Assembly: GCA_035534295.1 (NCBI GenBank)
Contig: DATLSE010000046.1
Span: 6,325 to 70,324, forward strand
Direction: 5' to 3'
Length of the DNA: 64,000 nucleotides
Origin: Nitrosotalea sp.
Lineage (GTDB): Bacteria; Chloroflexota; Dormibacteria; Dormibacterales; Dormibacteraceae
A model generated the notes under the pieces. The model saw nothing but the letters and a program-made list of their open reading frames with translations, was not told where the DNA came from and did not search any database. Below are positions 54,402 to 63,070 of this stretch, piece by piece. Position numbers and translations under genes: made by a program. Position 1 is the first letter of the stretch. Every line of letters begins with the position of its first letter.

Positions 54402-56672
54402 TCAGCCCTCGAGTCCCAACCTCTCCAAGAGCTCGTCCACGTCGGGCAGGTTCATCATCACCTCGCGCGACTTGCTGCCCTGGTATCCCCCGATCACGCG
54501 GTGCTCGGCGAGCTGGTCCACGATGCGACCGGCTCGCGAATAGCCGACGTTGAACTTTCGCTGGACCAAGGAGACGGACGCCCCGCCCTCGGCCGCGACG
54601 GCGCGAGCCGCGCGTGCGAAGAGGGGATCCAGTCGGCGCTCAGAATCCTCGTCGCCTGTGATCGGTGCGCGATCGTCGAGCACCTCCTCCATGTAGGTCG
54701 GATCACCCTGGGCGCGCCAGAAAGCGACGAGGTTCTCGACCTCCTGGTCGGAGATGAAGGCTCCCTGAATCCGCGTCGGCTTGCCGGCGTCGACTGGCTG
54801 ATAGAGCATGTCGCCGCGTCCAAGAAGCTTCTCGGCCCCCCCGGAGTCGAGAATCACCCGGCTGTCGACCTGAGATCCCACCGCGAAGGCGATGCGGGAG
54901 GGAATATTGGCCTTGATCAGACCGGTGATGATGTCGGTCGACGGCCGCTGGGTGGCGATGATGAGATGAATGCCCACCGCCCGGGCGAGCTGGGCGATCC
55001 GGCAGACCAGCTCCTCGATCTCGCCCGCCGCCACCATCATCAGATCGGCCAGCTCATCGATCACGATGACCACGTAGGGCATCGCTCGGGCACTGCGATC
55101 GCGCGCTCGGTCGTTGTAGGTGGAGATATTTCGCACTCCCTCGGCCGAGAGCAACTTGTAACGTCGATCCATCTCCGCCACCGCCCAGCGCAGGGCGGCC
55201 GCGGCCAGGTGGGCCTCGACGATGACGGGCACGGCGAGATGGGGCAATCCGTTGTACGAGTTGAGCTCCACCCGCTTGGGATCGATCATGACCAGGCGCA
55301 GCTGCGCTGGAGTGCACTGGAGCAGAAGGCTGCCGATGAGGGTGTTGATGCAGACGCTCTTGCCCTGTCCGGTGGCACCGGCGATGAGCAGGTGAGGCAT
55401 TCGCGTCAGGTCGCTCACGATGCCCTGACCGGTGACATCGTTGCCCAGGGCCAGGGCCAAAGCGTGCGAGCCGGAGCGAAATCCGACCGAGTCGACCACC
55501 TCCCGAATGGAAACCAGGCTGGCCGACTTGTTAGGAACTTCCAGCCCCACCGCGGACTTGCCGGGGATCGGCGCCTCGATCCGCAGCGGGGCTGCCGCCA
55601 GGGCCAGGGAGAGGTCGTTTTGAAGTGCAACGATGCGCTTGACCTGGACGCCGGTACCGGGTTGCAGTTCGTACTGGGTGACGGCAGGTCCCGCGTTCAC
55701 GCCGACTACCTTGGCCTCGACGCCGAAGGTGACCAGGGTCGATTCGATCACGCGCACATTGCGCTTGATCTCCTCGTGCATACGCTCCTTGCGTGCCTTG
55801 ACGCTGTCCAGCAGCGCGACCGTGGGAAGTTTCCAGGCCACCTCGGGAACGTCATCCTGGGGCTCGGCCACCACCCTGATCAGCGGCCGTTCTGCCCCGA
55901 TCGGATTTTGCGGCTCCAGTGCTTTCTCCGCCTCACCGGCGTCCGCCTCGGACTCCGGCTCCGGCCGCCAGACCGAGGGCGGCAACTCGGAGATCGCCGC
56001 CGGCACGGGGTCACCCTGGCCCACGGACTCGCCCCGCGCGGCCACCGCCACCGCCACCTCGGGGCTGGCGCCTCGAGGTCGGGCCAGACCCTCCAGACGG
56101 CGTCTCTCGGCGAACGCGCTGCGCGCCGTGGAGACGGTGCCCGCCAGCACCGCGCCCGGGCTGAACCGGAAAGCCACGATCAAGCCCATCACCAATGCCA
56201 GGGACAGGATCACGACCGCCCCTGGATCACCGCTCAGGCTCGCCACCGGCCCCAACACACTGCGTCCCACGCTGCCCCCGGCTCGGGCCTGCCCCAGACT
56301 TAGCAATCCGAGCAGGGCCAGGGCGGCGATCAGGGCGGCCACCACCACCGAGCGGCTCAGGCGTGCGCTGTTGGGCCAGACCCAACGCCCGCCGAAAAAA
56401 AGCAGTCCTGCTACGGGTAGGGGCCAGCCATAGCCGAATCCATGCCAGATCTGGTCTCGCATCCCTTGCAAGAGCGGGCCGCCGCCCCAGATCATCGAGA
56501 GCAGACCCAGGGCCCCACTCGCGAGCAAAATCACGGCCAGCGCCTCGCGCACCTGGGTGGGAGAAAGGTGCGGGCCAGAAGCGCCGCGGCGCGACGAGGG
56601 ACGCGGCCGCGACGGGGCCCGACGCGCCGCAGGGGCGCTGGCACGATATGGACGGGCGGTTGTGCGACGCAA
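54402..56672 (-). CDS. ftsK: DNA translocase FtsK/SpoIIIE
   Basis: N-terminal TM helices, a linker, a motor domain with Walker A GATGQGKS, and a C-terminal gamma winged helix (SVSLVQRKFNVGYSRAGRIVDQL). Confidence 0.9.
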   Translation of the reverse strand: MRRTTARPYRASAPAARRAPSRPRPSSRRGASGPHLSPTQVREALAVILLASGALGLLSMIWGGGPLLQGMRDQIWHGFGYGWPLPVAGLLFFGGRWVWPNSARLSRSVVVAALIAALALLGLLSLGQARAGGSVGRSVLGPVASLSGDPGAVVILSLALVMGLIVAFRFSPGAVLAGTVSTARSAFAERRRLEGLARPRGASPEVAVAVAARGESVGQGDPVPAAISELPPSVWRPEPESEADAGEAEKALEPQNPIGAERPLIRVVAEPQDDVPEVAWKLPTVALLDSVKARKERMHEEIKRNVRVIESTLVTFGVEAKVVGVNAGPAVTQYELQPGTGVQVKRIVALQNDLSLALAAAPLRIEAPIPGKSAVGLEVPNKSASLVSIREVVDSVGFRSGSHALALALGNDVTGQGIVSDLTRMPHLLIAGATGQGKSVCINTLIGSLLLQCTPAQLRLVMIDPKRVELNSYNGLPHLAVPVIVEAHLAAAALRWAVAEMDRRYKLLSAEGVRNISTYNDRARDRSARAMPYVVIVIDELADLMMVAAGEIEELVCRIAQLARAVGIHLIIATQRPSTDIITGLIKANIPSRIAFAVGSQVDSRVILDSGGAEKLLGRGDMLYQPVDAGKPTRIQGAFISDQEVENLVAFWRAQGDPTYMEEVLDDRAPITGDEDSERRLDPLFARAARAVAAEGGASVSLVQRKFNVGYSRAGRIVDQLAEHRVIGGYQGSKSREVMMNLPDVDELLERLGLEG

Positions 56673-56723
56673 TGCTGTGACGGCTCCCGGTGGTGGTGCC
56701 TGGCCGGATTATATGCTCCATAC

Positions 56724-57029
56724 ATGGCCATGGATCCGTTCGCGCTGGCGGAGGGACGTTACCGCTTCCTGCTCGAGGAGCGAAATCAGGGCCGCCTGGA
56801 CGCCCGAGAGTTCCGGGCCGAGGTGCGCCGGCTCCGGGTCGAGGACGGGGAGCAACGCGATTGGATCATCGGGCCGGGAAATGGCGTCTGGTACCGACGC
56901 GAGCGTGACCGATGGATGGAGATGGAGCCGCCCCGGCGTCTGGTCTGCACCCAATGTGGCCACCACAACCTGACCCGCCACTCTTTCTGCGTGGAGTGCG
57001 GACATCGGCTCGACCGCACTCATGTCTAG
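56724..57029 (+). CDS. Small zinc-ribbon protein, hypothetical
   Basis: ATG 56724, 101 aa. The C-terminal CTQCGHHNLTRHSFCVECGH is a CxxC-x10-CxxC zinc ribbon. The N-terminal region is W/R-rich (DWIIGPGNGVWYRRERDRW). Confidence 0.5.
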   Translation: MAMDPFALAEGRYRFLLEERNQGRLDAREFRAEVRRLRVEDGEQRDWIIGPGNGVWYRRERDRWMEMEPPRRLVCTQCGHHNLTRHSFCVECGHRLDRTHV

Positions 57030-57136
57030 TCCAACGCCCGCTACACGGCTGCCGGGCGCGCCTGGCTCGCATCGACGCTCATCCCGCCGTCCGGCTTCGC
57101 CGCCGCGCTGAGCCAGTCGGGGTTCACGGGTCGCCC

Positions 57137-58021
57137 CTAGCTGAAGCGCACCGAGTCGATCAGCGAGGCGACGGTCTGGGTACCTCCGTGACTCCATTCC
57201 GAAGCCGGGATTAGGGCCTCGATTCGAAAGAGCGGGGCATGGCCGGGGGCCGGGGCGCTGATCAGCGTCTCCTCAAAAAAGTCGACGCTGCTCGAAGTGG
57301 TGAAGCGCAGGACCACCTGGGCGGCCCTGCGCCCGCCCACCTTCAGCGTGTGCACGGGGGTGACGACGTCGACCACCAGGCCGGGAGGAGGGCTCGAGGC
57401 GAGGGGGGCGACCTGGGCGGTGAGCACTGTGGCCGGATCTTGACTCGTGACCACATGGGGGTCGGGCAAAGGCCGTCCCAGGCTCACCACCGCAGCGCTG
57501 GGATGGTCCAGGACCAGATCGCCCCCGAGCGCGGCTGCCGGATTGAGGTCGGCTCCATTTTCAGCCGCGAAGACAAACGGAACCGCGACCTGGGGCGGAA
57601 TGGCGCGAGAGAAGTCGACCGGCTCGGCCCATTGCGCCGGCAACGAGTACTCAAAGCCAAGCAAAGGCGCCTGATAGAGCACGCCCGCGGGTGAGGACGC
57701 AGAGGGCGTGAGGGTTGGTCCGCGTCCGCGCAGGAGCTGCGCCGCCAGTCCGGTGCTCCAGGCGCCATAGCCGAGACCGACCAGGAGCGGAACTAAGGCG
57801 GCGATCAGCCAGAGCCGCCAGGCGCCAGCGCGGCGGCGGGCGCGAATGAGCTCAAATCCGCAGAATCCGCAATGGCGATCAAAGGGGCCGGCCACCCCAC
57901 GGCACGCGCCGCACTGGCGCAGCGGAAGGGCGCACTGGATGCAATGGTCGGGAATCGTCGCGGGCGCATCACAGCGCGGACACAGCGTGGGCGCGGTCAG
58001 CGCCATCGGGGGCAGCTTCAC
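57137..58021 (-). CDS. Double-zinc-ribbon + TM + extracytoplasmic domain protein, hypothetical
   Basis: N-terminal CPRC...CIQC...CGAC...CGFC gives four CxxC motifs. The TM helix WRLWLIAALVPLLVGLGYGAW follows, then about 200 aa with no recognised domain. Confidence 0.55.
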   Translation of the reverse strand: MKLPPMALTAPTLCPRCDAPATIPDHCIQCALPLRQCGACRGVAGPFDRHCGFCGFELIRARRRAGAWRLWLIAALVPLLVGLGYGAWSTGLAAQLLRGRGPTLTPSASSPAGVLYQAPLLGFEYSLPAQWAEPVDFSRAIPPQVAVPFVFAAENGADLNPAAALGGDLVLDHPSAAVVSLGRPLPDPHVVTSQDPATVLTAQVAPLASSPPPGLVVDVVTPVHTLKVGGRRAAQVVLRFTTSSSVDFFEETLISAPAPGHAPLFRIEALIPASEWSHGGTQTVASLIDSVRFS

Positions 58022-58028
58022 GCCCGGG

Positions 58029-59675
58029 CTACAGCTCGCTCACCACCGGGACGACCATGGGCCGGCGGTGGGTCTTGTTCCAGACCAGACGCGACACCGA
58101 CTGGTGCAGGGCCTGCTGCACCAGTGTCAACTCGGGATGTTTTCCGCAGCTGCGCACGGCGGCCACTGCGGCGGCCGAGATCTGGCCCATCAGCTCGCTG
58201 GACATCTGGGGGTCGATCAGGCCGCGCGAGACCACGTCGGGCCCCTGGCGCACGCCTCCACGTTCTCGATCAACCCCCACTGTGACCACCACCACCCCGT
58301 CCTCGGCCATGTGCCGGCGGTCGCGCAGGACCACCTGCTCGACGTCGCCGATACCCAGGCCGTCGACGAACACGAGCCCGCTGGCGTTCTCGGAGGTGAC
58401 GCGCATGCCGTCTGCGGTCACCTCGACCACCGACCCATCACTGACGATGAGCACCCGGCTGGGATCGATACCCGCCTCTCGGGCGAGCTGGGCATGGTGG
58501 TGGAGCTGGCGATATTCGCCATGAACCGGGATGAAGTTGAGTGGGTGCAGAGCGGAAAGCATCTCGCGGAGCTCGTCGCGATAAGCGTGTCCGGAGACGT
58601 GCACGTTACCCCTCTCGGAGTAGTAGACGCGCTCGGCTCCGTTGCGATAGAGGTTGTTGATCGTGCGGTGCACGGTGCGCTCATTGCCGGGTATGGGGCG
58701 CGCTGAGATCACGACCCAGTCCGAGGCGGCGACGTTGAGGAGGTTATGGCGCTGGCCGGCGAATCGGGCCAGGGCGGACATCGGTTCCCCCTGGCTGCCG
58801 GCGGTGATCAGGACTAGGCGTGGCTCTTGAGCCGCGGCCTCGAGCTTGACCATGATGCCGGGGGGAACGTCGAGGTAGCCCAGCTCCCCGGCCACGCGAA
58901 ACGAATTCTGCATGCTTCTACCCGCCACCGCCACCCGGCGCTGGTGGCGCGCGGCCAGTCCCACCACGCGCTGCAGGCGATGGATGTTGGAGGCGAAGGT
59001 GGCGACCACGATGCGCCCCGGGGCGCTCTTGAAGATCTCCTCAAAGGGTTCGGCCAGTTCGCGTTCCGAGCCGCTGTGGCCTTCGCGCTCGGAGTTGGTC
59101 GAGTCGGCCAGGAGCAGCATCACCCCCTCCCGCCCGATCTCGCGGATGCGCTCCATGTCGGTGCCGCGGCCATATGGCGGATCACTCTCGATTTTGAAGT
59201 CGCTGGTGTAGAAGACGCGGCCGATCGGGGTCTCGATGGAGAGCGCGACGGCATCGGGAATGCTGTGACTGACGGCGACCGGCTCCACCCGGAAGGGGCC
59301 GAGCTGGACCCGATCGCCTGGCGCCACCTCGCGTAGATCAGCCTCCTGGAGGACTCGATGCTCGGCCAGCTTGCCCCGGACCAGACCCAGGGTGAGGCGG
59401 GTGCCGTACACGGGAACGGCGAGACGCCGGATCAGGAAGGGAAGCGCTCCGATGTGATCCTCGTGGCCGTGAGAAAGGAATACTCCCACGATCCGGCGCC
59501 GGCGCTGCATGAGCCAGCTCACGTCGGGGATCACGAGGTCGACCCCCGGCATCTCCTCGGTCGGAAACATGAGCCCGCAATCGATGACCAGGACCTGGTC
59601 GTCCCACTCCAGGGCCCACATGTTGAGGCCGACCTCGCCCAGCCCGCCCAGGGGTACGTAGCGCAGTATCGACAT
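58029..59675 (-). CDS. rnj: Ribonuclease J
   Basis: ATG 59675 (MSILRYVPLGGLGEVGLNMWALEW). It has a metallo-beta-lactamase domain (HGHEDHIGALP), a beta-CASP domain and a C-terminal domain. The ORF-track start at 60056 is an over-extension through udg. Confidence 0.9.
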   Translation of the reverse strand: MSILRYVPLGGLGEVGLNMWALEWDDQVLVIDCGLMFPTEEMPGVDLVIPDVSWLMQRRRRIVGVFLSHGHEDHIGALPFLIRRLAVPVYGTRLTLGLVRGKLAEHRVLQEADLREVAPGDRVQLGPFRVEPVAVSHSIPDAVALSIETPIGRVFYTSDFKIESDPPYGRGTDMERIREIGREGVMLLLADSTNSEREGHSGSERELAEPFEEIFKSAPGRIVVATFASNIHRLQRVVGLAARHQRRVAVAGRSMQNSFRVAGELGYLDVPPGIMVKLEAAAQEPRLVLITAGSQGEPMSALARFAGQRHNLLNVAASDWVVISARPIPGNERTVHRTINNLYRNGAERVYYSERGNVHVSGHAYRDELREMLSALHPLNFIPVHGEYRQLHHHAQLAREAGIDPSRVLIVSDGSVVEVTADGMRVTSENASGLVFVDGLGIGDVEQVVLRDRRHMAEDGVVVVTVGVDRERGGVRQGPDVVSRGLIDPQMSSELMGQISAAAVAAVRSCGKHPELTLVQQALHQSVSRLVWNKTHRRPMVVPVVSEL

Positions 59676-60277
59676 CAGATGAGCGGCAGCTGAACAGGGC
59701 CCGGGGGCAGCGTCCGATCTCCGCCGGGGGCGTTGGAAGAACCAGCGGCCGGTTGCCGAAGGGCGTCGAGATGGGCGCGGACGCGCTGGAAGTCCTGCTC
59801 CAGGTCCCTCAGCAGAGATCCATTGTGGAGCGCGGCGGCGGGATGGTAGCAGGGCATGAATGCGACTCCGGAGCGCTCGAAGATGCGCCCGTGCACGGCC
59901 GAGATGCTGCCCACGCCGGGCAGCATGCGCTCCAGAGCGTGGCGGCCGAGGATGATTACCGCCCGGGGCCGGATGAGCCGGAACTGTTCCCGCAGATAGG
60001 GCAGGCAGGCTTGAGCCTCCTCGGGCAGCGGGTCGCGATTGCCCGGCGGTCGGCACTTCAGGACGTTGGTGATGTACACCTCCGGGCGCGACAGCTGAAT
60101 CCCCTCGAGGAGCCGGTCCAGGACCTTGCCGGCCGCGCCCACGAAGGGCAGCCCGACCCGGTCCTCGCTCGCCCCCGGAGCCTCGCCCACGATCATGATC
60201 TGGGCCTCCGGCGGTCCGCTTCCAGGCACGGCCGAGGTGCGCGTGGAGCCCAACTGGCAGCGGGTGCAGCCTCGCAC
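59675..60277 (-). CDS. Uracil-DNA glycosylase, family 4 (Fe-S type)
   Basis: N-terminal Cys (GCTRCQL), motif A GEAPGASEDRVGLPFVGAAG and motif B HPAAAL. Confidence 0.85.
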   Translation of the reverse strand: MRGCTRCQLGSTRTSAVPGSGPPEAQIMIVGEAPGASEDRVGLPFVGAAGKVLDRLLEGIQLSRPEVYITNVLKCRPPGNRDPLPEEAQACLPYLREQFRLIRPRAVIILGRHALERMLPGVGSISAVHGRIFERSGVAFMPCYHPAAALHNGSLLRDLEQDFQRVRAHLDALRQPAAGSSNAPGGDRTLPPGPVQLPLI

Positions 60278-60314
60278 CTGAGCCGCCAGGGCCTCGAGCT
60301 GGGTGCCGACCTGA

Positions 60315-61223
60315 TTATCCGAGCGGGGCTCCGATGCTGATCAGATCGCCCGCCGCCTGGAGCTCGGCCATGACACCGTCGAGCGCGTCGGGGGGCATGT
60401 CCAAGAGGGGAAGGCGGAGTCCGCCCAGGTCCGGTCCCAGACGGTTCAGCACCGACTTGACCGGGATCGGGCTGGTGGATGCGGTCATGAGCGCGCGCAT
60501 CAGGGGTAGAAGCCGGCCGTGGATCAGGGCGGCGGCTGGAGCATCACCACCCAGGTGGGCCTGGATCATGCGCGCCATGGCCGCGCCCGCCAGATGGGAG
60601 ATGACGCAGATGACGCCGTCGCCGCCGACGCTGAGCAGGGGCAGGGTCATCCCGTCGTCTCCCGACCAAACCCAGAAGTCGGGCGGACGCCGCGCGCAGA
60701 TGAGCGCGATCTGGGTCAGATCTCCGCTCGCCTCTTTGACCCCGATCACGCCCGGGAGCTCGGCCGCGCGCAGGGTGGTCTCGGCCGTCATGTTGACCGC
60801 GGTCCGGCCCTGAATGTTGTACATGATGGTCGGGCCGGCCTTGGAGATGGCCTCAAAGTGGCGCAGGATGCCTTCCTGCGGGGGCCGGTTGTAGTACGGA
60901 ACCACCGCCAGCAGCGCGTCCGCGCCCGCGCTCATGGCGCGCTCGGAAAGGTGCACCGAGTGCCGGGTGTCGTTGCCGCCGGTGCCCGCGACCACGGTGG
61001 CGTCGGGCAGAGCCTCGCGCACCGCGCGGAGCAGCTCCAGCTTCTCCTGGTCGCTAAGGGTGGGAGACTCGCCCGTGGTCCCCGCCACCACCACGCCCTC
61101 CGACCCGTCGTCGACCAGCCGCCGGGCGAGGCGCTGGGCGGCGTCGAGATTGACCTCGCCGGTGGGTCCAAATGGGGTGACCATGGCGGTGAGAAGTCGG
61201 CCCAGGGGCGGAGCGGCGGTCAC
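60315..61223 (-). CDS. dapA: 4-hydroxy-tetrahydrodipicolinate synthase
   Basis: LLTAMVTPF, GTTGESPTLS and IGVKEASGD (active-site Lys) motifs. GTG 61223 forms GTGA with the asd stop. Confidence 0.9.
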   Translation of the reverse strand: MTAAPPLGRLLTAMVTPFGPTGEVNLDAAQRLARRLVDDGSEGVVVAGTTGESPTLSDQEKLELLRAVREALPDATVVAGTGGNDTRHSVHLSERAMSAGADALLAVVPYYNRPPQEGILRHFEAISKAGPTIMYNIQGRTAVNMTAETTLRAAELPGVIGVKEASGDLTQIALICARRPPDFWVWSGDDGMTLPLLSVGGDGVICVISHLAGAAMARMIQAHLGGDAPAAALIHGRLLPLMRALMTASTSPIPVKSVLNRLGPDLGGLRLPLLDMPPDALDGVMAELQAAGDLISIGAPLG

Positions 61224-62245
61224 AGCACCCCCAGCCTGATGGCTTCCTCGGCGATCTGGACCGCATTCAATGCAGCGCCCTTGCGCAGGTTGTCGGAGAC
61301 GAGCCAGAAGGCGATCCCGCCCGGGTTTGAGAGGTCGTCGCGGATCCGGCCGACGAAGACCTCATCGCGTCCGGCCACGTTCTGGGGCGTGGGGTAAACC
61401 TGCGCTCGGGGGTCGTCCAGCACGACCACTCCGGGTGCCGCCTCCCACTCCCTGCGCGCTTCGGCAGCGCCCAGAGGAGAGGCCGTCTCGAGGAACACCG
61501 CCTCCCCGTGGGCGATGGGCACGGGGACGCGGACGCAGGTGGCGACCACGCGGAGGTCGGCCTGGTGAAGGATCTTGCGCGTCTCCAAGACCAGCTTCAT
61601 CTCCTCCTCGTTGTATCCCCCCTCCTCCATCGGCCAGCCTCCCGGGACCACGTTGTGGGCGAGCTGGTGCGGGTAGGCGTGCACGGCGGGATGGTCGCCG
61701 GCGGCCAGGGCTCGGGTCTGCTCCGCCAGCTCCTCGACCAGCGCCGCGCCGGCTCCGGACGCCGCCTGGTAGGTCGCCACCACCACCCGCTCCAGACCCG
61801 CCCGGCGCTGCAGCGGGTGCAGCGCCACGCTGAGCGGAATGGCGCAGCAGTTGGGGTTGGCGATGATGCCCTGATGGGTTGGTATGTCCTCGGGGTTGAC
61901 CTCGGGTACAACCAGGGGGACGCCGGGATCGAGCCGAAATGCGGAGCTGTTGTCCACGACCAGGGCGCCAGCGGCGGCGGCGACGGGGGCGAAGGTGCGC
62001 GAGATTTCAGCTCCGGCGCTGAACAGGGCCAGATCAATCCCGTCAAACGAGCTCTGGTCCAGCTCCCGGACCTCGAGCTGGGAGCCCTCGAACTCCACCG
62101 CCCGCCCGGCCGACCTGCCCGAGGCCAGGGCGGAGAGTTGAGCGATGGGAAATCGGCGCTGGGCCAGGACCCGAAAGAACTCGCTTCCGACCACACCCGT
62201 GGCCCCGACCACCGCGACGTTGAAACGCCGGCCACTGACAGCCAT
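61220..62245 (-). CDS. asd: Aspartate-semialdehyde dehydrogenase
   Basis: VAVVGATGVVG is the NAD(P) site, IANPNCCAIP carries the catalytic Cys, and the C-terminal dimerisation domain is present. Confidence 0.9.
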   Translation of the reverse strand: MAVSGRRFNVAVVGATGVVGSEFFRVLAQRRFPIAQLSALASGRSAGRAVEFEGSQLEVRELDQSSFDGIDLALFSAGAEISRTFAPVAAAAGALVVDNSSAFRLDPGVPLVVPEVNPEDIPTHQGIIANPNCCAIPLSVALHPLQRRAGLERVVVATYQAASGAGAALVEELAEQTRALAAGDHPAVHAYPHQLAHNVVPGGWPMEEGGYNEEEMKLVLETRKILHQADLRVVATCVRVPVPIAHGEAVFLETASPLGAAEARREWEAAPGVVVLDDPRAQVYPTPQNVAGRDEVFVGRIRDDLSNPGGIAFWLVSDNLRKGAALNAVQIAEEAIRLGVL

Positions 62246-62274
62246 GGCCGGAGTTTACCGCTGCGCCGGGGGCC

Positions 62275-63009
62275 TTATCTAAGATCCAGCAGCGTCTCCA
62301 GGCCGCGATGGAAGCGGGGATCCAAGACCAGGCTGCGCAGCGCCAGCAGGACGCCGGGGAGATAGGCCTCGCGACTGGTGGTGCGGTGGGTCAGGGCCAG
62401 GGTCTGCCCGGGCAGCCCAAAGATCACCTCCTGATCCGCGATGACCCCGGGCAGGCGCAGCGAGTGTAGCCCCACCCCTGAGTGCTCCCCGCCCCGGCTG
62501 CCGCTGACGAGCTCCCGAAGCGCGGGCGGGTGGTCGAAGGTGCGCTGACGTGCGATCAGACGGGCGGTGGCCAGCGCGGTGGCCGAGGGGGCGTCGACCT
62601 TGGCCGTCTGGTGGGTTTCGATCACCTCCACCGCCTCGAAAAACGGTGCGGCGCGCTCCGCCAGCCACATCATCACCACCGCACCGAGCGCGAAGTTGGG
62701 AGCCACGATGCCCCCGCACCCGGCCCTCCCGCAGGCCTCCCCCAGGGTGTCCACGTCGGCCTCACTCAGCCCCGAGGTGCCCACGATCGGAATCACGCCC
62801 TGAGCCGCCGCCTGCAGCGCGTGGCCCAGGGCAGCCTCAGGCCGCGTGAAATCGATCAGCGCGGCGGGACGCTCGCGCGCCAAGAACGCGGCCAGGTCGT
62901 CCTCGCGGCCGACCCCGCCGACGTAGACGAGATCGGGCTCGGCTGCAAGGCCGGGAGCCAACGCGCTCCCCACCCGACCCCGATGGCCGGCCAGAGCGAC
63001 CCGGATCAA
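62275..63009 (-). CDS. dapB: 4-hydroxy-tetrahydrodipicolinate reductase
   Basis: LIRVALAGHRGRVGSAL is the N-terminal Rossmann motif, and EVIETHQTAKVDAPSATA carries the HHxxKxDAPSGTA-like motif. TTG 63009 is preferred. The ORF-track start at 63138 would overlap pnp. Confidence 0.8.
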   Translation of the reverse strand: MIRVALAGHRGRVGSALAPGLAAEPDLVYVGGVGREDDLAAFLARERPAALIDFTRPEAALGHALQAAAQGVIPIVGTSGLSEADVDTLGEACGRAGCGGIVAPNFALGAVVMMWLAERAAPFFEAVEVIETHQTAKVDAPSATALATARLIARQRTFDHPPALRELVSGSRGGEHSGVGLHSLRLPGVIADQEVIFGLPGQTLALTHRTTSREAYLPGVLLALRSLVLDPRFHRGLETLLDLR

Positions 63010-63070
63010 GGCCGCTGGAGCGGCCCCGATCCGATCTTGAGCGGAATCTGACTCCGACCCCGGTCGGAGG

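Noticed and set aside
53685-56303. Very long plus-strand ORF (872 aa) opposite ftsK. Similar long shadows occur at 7540..8946 (-), 4644..5837 (-), 3193..4155 (-), 35654..36607 (-), 43172..44212 (+) and 17534..18424 (+).
   Set aside because: They are antisense to genes with unmistakable conserved motifs (FtsK, Der, the PLP enzyme, enolase, TadC, MutL, NadE). Their products are Arg/Gly/Pro/His-rich and low in complexity. This is the usual stop-codon-poor shadow frame of high-GC DNA.
59676-60056. N-terminal extensions in ORF-track calls. Examples are RNase J from 60056, MutS from 47583, E1 beta from 14221, NadE from 18532, HflX from 42415, the aminotransferase from 40161, Der from 7465 and pyrF from 19470.
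   Set aside because: The extensions are Arg/Pro/Gly-rich, overlap the upstream gene, and precede well-known family N-termini. Those N-termini begin at an internal start that forms a 1-4-nt overlap with the upstream stop.
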